The translations under genes and the position numbers were made by a program. A DNA stretch of 64,000 bases, taken from contig OX597818.1 of assembly GCA_951406725.2 (NCBI GenBank), forward strand, positions 123,070,001 to 123,134,000, given 5' to 3'. The notes below the pieces were generated by a model. The model saw nothing but the letters and a program-made list of their open reading frames with translations. It had not been told where the DNA came from and did no database searches. The stretch comes from Octopus vulgaris. Taxonomy: Eukaryota. This document shows, piece after piece, positions 54,872 through 64,000 of this stretch (positions within the stretch are counted from its first letter, which is position 1; each line of letters begins with the position of its first letter).

Positions 54872-55977
54872 CACCCATTCTCCTTGAATATTTCCTGGGG
54901 TATTCTTTCATCACAAAAAATGAAGATGTTTTTGCTGTATATCGGGAGAATCATTATGCCAATGATAAACAAAAGCACTGTTTCAGTTTCACTTGTTTAT
55001 TATACGTCAAATGGTTATCTATTTAACCAACTTACCAATTGATTGCTTACTTAATAATTCAGTTTATTGATAAATCCGCTGTGTTTACCAAAGTTCTTTT
55101 GTCGTTATTCGGGACCGCTTCAGTGGCATGCTCCTTCTACTCCAGATCGGTTCCAAATCTGTCTTTCCAAATCTGTCTTTCCAAATCTGTCTGTAGGTTA
55201 AATACCTCACCAAATGACGAATAATAATGCAGTGAAATTGATTCAGCTCATATGTTTATTATTGGCACAATGAATCTCTTGAGATACTACGCTCTTCATT
55301 TCTAATGTACGAATCTCAGACCACACGTCTCTCAATCTCTCCCACTATCGTCCTCTTGTGTTCACCTCTGTATTACTATATGATCACAAAGTGACTTGCA
55401 CTCACATTTACCGCAATTTCACCAGAGCTTCGAGTATAAAATACTTATCAATATTTACTTCGTTTGTTTCAGTTCTGCTATAAAATGGTGTAATATAAAA
55501 AATATTTACACAACATACTTTGCTGTTGTCTATTTTTTTCTGTGCTTTATTTATTTTTTTTTCTCATTATGATACCAAAGTCACGGTCATTTTTCACAGA
55601 CATCCCATAGGAACGTAAAATAATCTATATTAGCTCCTGACTAGTGGCGTTATCATTTTATTCTTTCATCTACTGTTAATCAAATTTTCATCATAATCAC
55701 CATCTTAACTGTCATCATCATCATCATTTTCATCATCATCATCATCATCACAGCAGCATTTGCTGAATTTGTTTGTTGTTTCTAGTGTTGATATTTTTTA
55801 TTGCCGTCGTTTGTCGTAAAAGATTCTAATCCTATCAGTAAGTGAATTATGTATACGTAGTTTATAGACTTACATTTTAGACTGTGAATGATAGACCTTC
55901 ACTTTGATGTCAGATTATAGGCTGAGTTGAGTACACCTAAGATCAAAGACGTTCCAAACCAGACCATCACATATTGC

Positions 55978-56047
<70 letters not shown>

Positions 56048-56052
56048 CTATA

Positions 56053-56117
<65 letters not shown>

Positions 56118-56142
56118 CATGTATATGCAGACAGACAGACAT

Positions 56143-56225
<83 letters not shown>

Positions 56226-57166
56226 TATCTGAATGCAGAAGATCCATGGAAGGTCGAAGCGTATCAAAGTGAGCCATGTAACAATTATCGGCGATGCAGA
56301 ATGGCACAAATCAGACTGTTATGTGATCCATTATCATAGCTCAGAGTGCATCGATGGCGGGTAGTACACTGTTTATTGTTTTTCCACAAGTTCAAAACCA
56401 TCAATTTTGAACTTGTGATAAATGGAACGTTAAACTTGAGTTAAAAATAAAGAAAAACAAATAGGTTATGTCGTACTGTCACAGTGGTTTCGTTAAGTCT
56501 CTATTGTGGCGTAAATACAGTAGAGTCAGGTTCTCTGTATGCGCACTATCTATAAGATACGTAATACATTACGCAACCCTGAACTCATCAGGTCTTCTAA
56601 ATAAGCTTGTGAATTGTGACATATTGATTAATTAACAAATTATCAACAGGCGGAAATACTAATCAGAATTACCAAATTTTAAGAAATGTAAATTGGGTGG
56701 GGTTGCCCAAGTAAAATTTGAAGCAAAGAGGAAAAAAATAACAGAATGCGGATTCAGACGAGCCAAAACATGTACCTGGAAAACGTAGAATTAGAAAGCG
56801 AAAAATCAACGAAGATGTTTACAATGAAGCTTAATACGCTAAAGGAAGAAACATAAGAGAATTGTTTATTCTCAAATACGAAGATCATTATGTAACATAA
56901 TTGATAACATGCCATGTGACTATAAAGTATGTGGAATCAATCAAAAGAAAAGTATTCTATAAATAACCACTCCCCAACTGGCCAAGAAAATTTGCCAACT
57001 TCATCAAACACTGCTGCTACTACTACTGAATGTTACCCAAACAATCATTTCAGAAAAACAACCCGTCGATGAATCTCATGGTTTACTACTACTACCACTA
57101 CTACCAAGCCTAATTCAAACTAATAACGAAGGAAAATTTCCCTTCAAACAAGGTCATACTTATATA

Positions 57167-57233
57167 CCCTGAAGAGATCGCTGCATAAAAATATGCAGCA
57201 ATATGTAATTAGCGCGATCGAAACACGTGTCGG
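57167..57233 (+). ncRNA. Type I hammerhead motif with canonical core
   Basis: CC-CTGAAGA-GATCGC...GCGATC-GAAA-CACGTG-TC-GG. Stem I is only 2 bp. Confidence 0.6.
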
Positions 57234-57301
57234 ACAATTACTATCAATAAACTCATTCGAAATAAACATAAAGTTTGAATGTTTAAATTCTTCATTCTCC
57301 T

Positions 57302-57371
<70 letters not shown>

Positions 57372-57394
57372 ATGTATATATATATCTATATATA

Positions 57395-57471
<77 letters not shown>

Positions 57472-58474
57472 CATATAAATAAGGATAAGATCGATATTTA
57501 AATACCGATCTTATCAGGTGGCCAGCATAGGAATAAAAACCTTTCAAAGGTAATAATTATTTAAAATCATAATTTAGGGTATCTATTCCACGCTGGAAAT
57601 AGCAGTCAAAACCTGACTCTAAAACCACATTAAATTTTCATACAGCACCAGGAGACAAGACAGAGACAAAATTAACTAACAAAATATCACTGGATAATTC
57701 CAGATTCTGGATTTCTGGCTCTGCATAAGAAATGCTTTGCCTTCATCAGTGGAATATACTCAGATAGCACATAAATGCATATATATATATATGCACAAAA
57801 TACAACATATTTACATATACGAACGTATACATACATACATACATACACACATACATACATATATATATATATCCCCTTCATCATCATCTCTCCTCTTTCT
57901 TCTTCTACGTCTTGTTGTTGTTGTTGTTGTTATTATTATCATTATTATTATTATCATTATTACTATTATTATTATTATTATTATTATTATTAGTATATTC
58001 ATGTCTCCTGATACCACCATACATACATAATACCTGTACTTCATGTTACTTCCAATTCGAAAGCTTTTCAAGCAAGATTTTAACGCCTAAGGATGTCTGT
58101 CACTGTACATAGGCTTCTCACTAAATCTTTTATTACTACATCAAAGTTCGTCGAGATAAGCGCGTATCAGAATAAGAGAAGCATTTATATGGGCACACAT
58201 CGGATCTCGTGTGGGTTTATAACGTATTTTTGCTTTGTGAAAACACTTAACATTAGACAACAGGTGATTATTTTGCCCCCTTATGTTTATAGCAGTCTCT
58301 AACTCGGATGCAAGCCCCCTCTTCCTCATCCTCCTCTTATTCTTATTCTTCCTCATCCCCTTCATCATCATCTCTCCTCTTTCTTCTTCTACGTCTTGTT
58401 GTTGTTGTTGTTATTATTATCATTATTATTATTATGATTATTACTATTATTATTATTATTAGTATCATTATTAA

Positions 58475-58562
<88 letters not shown>

Positions 58563-58566
<4 letters not shown>

Positions 58567-59262
58567 TCAGTAGTTTTATTTTTATAGCGTGCTTTCACTT
58601 CACTACCGAGCGCAGCTCTGTGTGCCTTGGGTATGTGCTGTGATTTGTTGTGATGCTCTGATGGTTATTGTATGGAAAGTGTTCTGCGTAGGATGTGTGC
58701 AGTGCCTAGTAGTGCAATTTTCTGTATGTTATATGTGTTTGTAAGTCCTGGTGTTTTTGTTATGTATTTGTCTGAATATTTTTTATCATGCCTAATGCAC
58801 CTACTATGATAGGAATTGTTTCTGTTTTCAGATTCCATATTCTAGTTACCTCTATTTCCAGGTCTTTGTATTTTGAGAGTTTCTCCATTTCTTTTAGAGA
58901 CACGTTGTCATCAGCCGGTATTGATACATCAATTAGAAAGCATTTTTTTCTTCATGATCTCTGACAACTATATCTGGTCTGTTGGCCTTAATTTCTCTAT
59001 CTGTGTGTATCGGCATATCCCAGAGTATGGTTGCTTTCTCGTTTTCTGTGACCTTTTCTGGTGTGTGCCTATACCATCTTTTTTCTGTTGTTATTCCATA
59101 ATGTTGGCATAGCTTCCAATGTATGTAGGTTCCAACTCTGTCATGTCTGTGAATATATTCCTTCTTAGCCAAGACTGAGCAGCTAGAGATAATATGATTT
59201 ATTGTTTCTTGTCCATCTCCACATATTCTGCAGTTACTTGTAATATTTCTTTTCATTACATG
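58563..59262 (-). mobile_element. R4/Dong-like non-LTR retrotransposon 3' part (CCHC + restriction-like endonuclease)
   Basis: CRICG...ETINHIISSC...RHD, ILWDMPIHTD...NRPDIVV, ending QKIALLGTAHILRRTLSIQ* (stop at 58665-58667). Flanked by (TAA)n. Confidence 0.88.
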
Positions 59263-59271
59263 AAAAGAAAA

Positions 59272-59339
<68 letters not shown>

Positions 59340-59341
<2 letters not shown>

Positions 59342-59660
59342 TTTGTGGCTATACATTAATCTTATGCTGTTCAAAATCAAATCACCTGTTTCAGCTTTTA
59401 GTCAATTTGTTTTTAACCATTGATGGCTTTCATATTGGCTCATTTCCTCCCATTCCAATATCGCAATACTAATCATAATGAATCTCTTTCGTCCATTTAT
59501 TCTTTTGTGAAATTTTTAGTTAATTATTTTCTTTTGTTTCTGTTTGTATTTTTGATGGCGCATTTTTTAACCATTTTCTGGTCTTTTGACCCTGTTCAAA
59601 GATTTTTCAATCTACTTAGCTCTGGTTTCGTCTGTTTTCATTTAATTTTATTACACAGAT
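59340..59660 (-). mobile_element. Older R4/Dong-like fragment (region upstream of the CCHC)
   Basis: Minus strand reads HQWLKTN*LKAETGDLIL, resembling the S..WL...LK.ETEG.I.AAQDQ motif. Confidence 0.5.
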
Positions 59661-60139
59661 GTGTCTAGGATTCCATCTGGAACACAGAAGAGCTTTGTCT
59701 ACGTGCACGCACGTCGTCAGGGTCATGGAATCAGACACATCAGATATCAAGGTGATCCGTATCATTCTGGAGGAGCAACAGAATGTAGCAGAAGCATACA
59801 TTACCTAGGCCAGTCTGTAAGCTTTCAGCTTGGTATCTGGAGAGGCAAATGTATGGGAAGCAATGGTTTCTGTCACTGAATCTTGTGTCTTGTTAAAGTG
59901 CTTACGCTCTGGTTCGAACTAAACATTCACTTGAATAAAAACTGGATGGAAATACAAGTAGATTAACACGTTTCATTCATAGATGAACAAGGACGAAGCT
60001 GTCGTAGAATGGTAAGCTGGAAATAGGTACTGTCATCACTCAGATGGTATTGAGAATTAGTTACCACCTGTCCGCTAATACAGGCAACGGATGACCTGAC
60101 TAAGGCGTATAATCCTTCACTGTCTATGGAATTTTGTCC

Positions 60140-60292
60140 GGCTTTACGTTCTGAGTTCAAATTCTGCCACGGTTGATTTTACCTTTCATCCTTTCGGCGC
60201 CAATAAAATAAGTATCAGTCAAGCACGGTGGGGGTCGATGTAGTCGATTATCCCCTCCCATCAAATCTGTGACCTTGTGCTTCTAGCAGAAA
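60140..60292 (+). mobile_element. SINE family C-related, diverged
   Basis: CGTTCTGAGTTCAAATTC...CCTTTCATCCTTTCGG. Confidence 0.7.
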
Positions 60293-60294
60293 AG

Positions 60295-60365
<71 letters not shown>

Positions 60366-60436
60366 CATCATCATCATCATCATCATCGTCGTCGTCGTCG
60401 TCGTCATTATTATTATTATTACAATTATTATTATTA

Positions 60437-60486
<50 letters not shown>

Positions 60487-60504
60487 ATTATTATTATTAT
60501 TATT

Positions 60505-61097
60505 TTCATATACACTCAAAAGATTAGACTGTTGACAAAAGAAAAGAATCCTAAAATCGGGCATGATCAACTAGTCTTAGATGCCTAAAATCCTCCAATT
60601 GGATTACATCAAGTAACTTTAGATGCCAAGAACCCTCCTAAATATCCTAGCTGTCCCTAATAATACTGCTTTCTGTACTGAACTGGGTTTTATACCAATT
60701 TCCTCTATATATCTGTTCAGATCTTTAGGGATAGTTCCCAATATCTGTTGGGATACATTTTGCCCGCACTTCCCATAATCTCTATAATTCAGTAGCTAGG
60801 TCCTGGTACTTCTCATAATAATTTTTTCCTCATTTGGGAGTGTAAAGTAAATTATCTGGCACTTTCTATTCTCTCTATCTGCAACTACCAAATCAGACAT
60901 TCTAGCTTCTACTTCTCTGTCAGTCTGAATGTTAAAGTCCCACAACATCTTGTATTTTTTACTTTCTTGTCCTTTACTAGGTTCATATTGATGCCATTTA
61001 TCAGTATGTTTAAATCTTAGCTTTCTGCATAACTCCCAGGGGATTCCTCTCTCTGGATTGTCATATCCTTTCTCGTATTCTTTCTATGACATCATGC
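60505..61097 (-). mobile_element. Second R4/Dong-like 3' fragment between (TAA)n tracts
   Basis: Minus strand reads WDFNIQTDREVEAR and GTIPKDL...VQKAVLLGTARIFRRVLGI*. Confidence 0.8.
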
Positions 61098-61276
61098 TTA
61101 TTATTATTAATATTCTTCTTCTTATTATTATTATTATTATCATTATTATTATTATTATTATTGTTATTATTATTATTATTGTTATTATTATTATTATTAT
61201 CGTTATTGTTATTATTATTATTATTATCATTATTATTATTTTTTTTTTATTATTATTATTACTACTATTATTATTA

Positions 61277-61325
<49 letters not shown>

Positions 61326-61436
61326 TATTATCATTATTTTTATTATTATTATTACTACTATTATTATTATTACTATTATTATTATCATTATTATTATTAT
61401 TATTAATATTATTATCATTATTATTATTATTATTAT

Positions 61437-61660
61437 TTACTCTTTTACTTGTTTCAGTCATTTGACTGCGGTCATGCTGGAGCACCGCCTTTAGTCGAGC
61501 AAATCGACCCCGGGACTTATTCTTTGTAAGCCCAGTACTTATTCTATCGGTTCTCTTTTGCCGAACCGCTAAGTGACGGGACGTAAACACACCCGCATCG
61601 GTTATCAAGCAATGCTAGGGGGACAAACACAGACACACAAACACATACACACACATACAT

Positions 61661-61710
<50 letters not shown>

Positions 61711-61873
61711 GACAGGCTTCTTTCATTTTCCGTCTACCAAATCCACTCACAAGGCATTGGTTGGACCGGGGCTATAGCAGAAGACACTTGCCCAAGATGC
61801 CACGCAGTGGGACTGAACCCGGAACCATGTGGTTGGTTAGCAAGCTACTTACCACACAGCCACTCCTGCGCCT
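61437..61873 (-). mobile_element. SINE family D, full length, within (TAT)n
   Basis: Complete tail-to-head match. Confidence 0.92.
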
Positions 61874-61874
61874 A

Positions 61875-61954
<80 letters not shown>

Positions 61955-62439
61955 TCTGCTGCTGCTGTTGTTGTCAATGTTGTGTTTACACAGAGAAGAC
62001 AATGTTCCTGGAGATAGTAAGTTATCACTGAATTTTGTTATTTTGTTGATGCCACCAGCATCCTTACAGTCTGTTTGGCATTGTGAGATTTCCGCTTCTT
62101 TGGGGCTGAATTTCTGATTCATTTTATAACATTCGCCTATTTCTAAAGTAGTAATCTGTAAACGCTGATCGAAGTTTTCAGTAAAATGTGGAGGAGATTG
62201 GATTACCGCTACCTTCCTACTTGTACAATAAAACAACAGATCACCACTATTATCGCTACTAACAATGCTGATCGAAAGAGCACCTGCAGTCATAGCATCA
62301 TCATCAACAACAGCAACAGCAAGGCAACAAAAGGAACTATAGCAAGAAGAAAAATTAAAACAACCAAAAGAAAAGTAATAAAAATGTGAACGTAAATCAG
62401 AAAAAAAACAAACAAAATATTACATTATTCATTCAACAC

Positions 62440-63540
62440 ACCTGCACAGTCAACCTCTACTACCTCCAACACCAGGTAGGCCAACACAAAAGATGAAGAT
62501 ATGACAACTTACAAATCAAGCTTTGGCTGCTTCGCTGACTCTGTACGCCGATTATTTGAAGACATTGTTTTATCACCGGAAGAAAAGCTGAAAAACATAG
62601 GAGGTTAAGACAAAATTTTGCAGTAAACGTCAAGGAATTAATCGTCAAGAAAACAACCTAAAAATCTTGATGCATAAGACCATAGCAACAAAAAGTAAGG
62701 AAACAGCATCTGACAGAGCAGTAAATAGAAAGTATCTCAAGCCATCCTTGGGTACCAAAGGAAATGTAATCAGGAGAGAAAATTATGGCACAGTAGCATT
62801 GAGGTTTCCCGTAGATGATGAGGCCTTGAAATACTCTACAACAGCCCTAAGTATTGATAAACTAATCTTCATACCAAGATACCTTGTCCGTATAGATGTT
62901 TTCCCATGCTGCGGTATATACTGAATCTGGAGCCACTTCTGCGGAATTTGGATGCGAGAGAACTAAATCAGTATACGTGAACGACTTTATCGTCATAATG
63001 ACGGACATCGGAGGCGTGGATACTGCTCTGGGTGAGTAGAAAATAGTGTCAGTCGCAAAAGTCAACCAAGAAAAGTCAATAGGTCTGGAGGATAGCACCT
63101 GGAGAGAGAGAGATAGAGAGAGAGAGGTCAAAGCCGGGCCCTCCTCAACTTTTTCAATTTTCACTTGAGAAGGAGAGTGAAATTGGAGAGTGAAGTGTTG
63201 TTTCCCAGTAAATTTGTTGAAAGGTGAATGAGAGTGGCAACGATGTTTTGAGTGAGTGGGCCTGTTCTGAGCATGCGCCTATAGAGTGATGGCAATAGAT
63301 AGGGAGATGAACTTACACTAGTGGTCAACCCGACAGTGGCTCTGAGAGGTTTTCACGAGTAGCCCTAAAATTTCTCTCCCATTTAGGGAATCATTTCTTC
63401 TTTGAAGTTTTTGTTTCCTTGTTCTTATTATTTTATAATTTACTCGCTTTTATGTAATCTCGCATTGTATTCCATTTTATTGTATCATCCCGCACCATCG
63501 TCGATCTGTTTGTCAACACTTAGTGGTTAACAAAAAAGAA
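62440..63540 (+). mobile_element. Possible internally deleted Tx1/L1-like LINE
   Basis: From 63132 reads SRALLNFFNFHLRRRVKLESEVLFPSKFVER*, like a Tx1 ORF2 C-terminus. The 62667-62924 peptide is ORF1-like by recall only. 3' end resembles 3421 and the SINE C tail. Boundaries approximate. Confidence 0.4.
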
Positions 63541-63654
63541 CTCATCATCGTTATTATCATTATTACTATCATTGTCTTCATTGCCTCAATGTAATCATAT
63601 AAATTAAGATTGGTCTCAAATTTTGGTACAAAGCCACCAATTTCGCGGGAGGAG

Positions 63655-63818
63655 GACGTCGATTACATCGATCCTAATGATCTGGTAGTTATATTATCGA
63701 CCCCAAAATAATGAAAGGTAAAGTCGACCTCGGCGGAGTTTGAGCTCAGAATGTTAAGACCGCAATTAAGTAAGCATTTCCCCCGGCGTGCTAACGATTT
63801 CGTTAGCTCACTGCCTTG
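63655..63818 (-). mobile_element. SINE family C
   Basis: ATGAAAGGTAAAGTCGACCTCGGCGGAGTTTGAGCTCAG. Confidence 0.8.
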
Positions 63819-63846
63819 TCTTTTAAAACTGATACTAGCATGAACT

Positions 63847-63985
63847 AAGGCGACGAGCTGGTAGATTCGTTAGCACGCCGGGCAAAATGCTTAGCGGTAT
63901 TTTATCTGGTTAAACTCTAAATTCCACCGCGGTCGACTTTGCGTTTCATCCTTTCGGTGTCTGTAATACAAGTACCAGTTGAGTG
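63847..63985 (+). mobile_element. SINE family C
   Basis: AAGGCGACGAGCTGG head and GTCGACTTTGCGTTTCATCCTTTCGG body. Confidence 0.8.
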
Positions 63986-64000
63986 ACTACTAGGTTGAGG

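Noticed and set aside
62862-63164. Minus-strand 100-aa ORF with a (CT)n-CAG acceptor-like site
   Set aside because: The pyrimidine tract is a microsatellite, and the plus strand is better explained as a LINE remnant.

Overview
AT-rich, microsatellite-dense animal DNA, most likely an octopus intergenic or intronic region (inferred from the SINE families and repeat landscape, not verified). I found no convincing host protein-coding gene; nearly all listed ORFs are microsatellite translations. The only clear host gene is a tRNA-Gly(GCC) at 49469-49539. The rest is mostly transposable elements: a decayed Penelope-like element (PLE; RT + GIY-YIG) with an inverted copy of its 3' end, CR1-like, R4/Dong-like, Tx1-like and RTE-derived LINE remnants, several tRNA-derived SINE families, three non-autonomous Helitrons and several inverted-repeat elements. 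The most notable signal is a set of type I hammerhead ribozyme motifs in elements that abut (TA)n or (TCTA)n tracts. These include a U3:A8 core variant in both PLE termini and a young, non-coding 565-bp hammerhead-bearing unit in a tandem-plus-inverted, retrozyme-like array with the same head-to-head layout as the PLE. Family names come from motif recognition only; no database search was run and identities are eyeballed.
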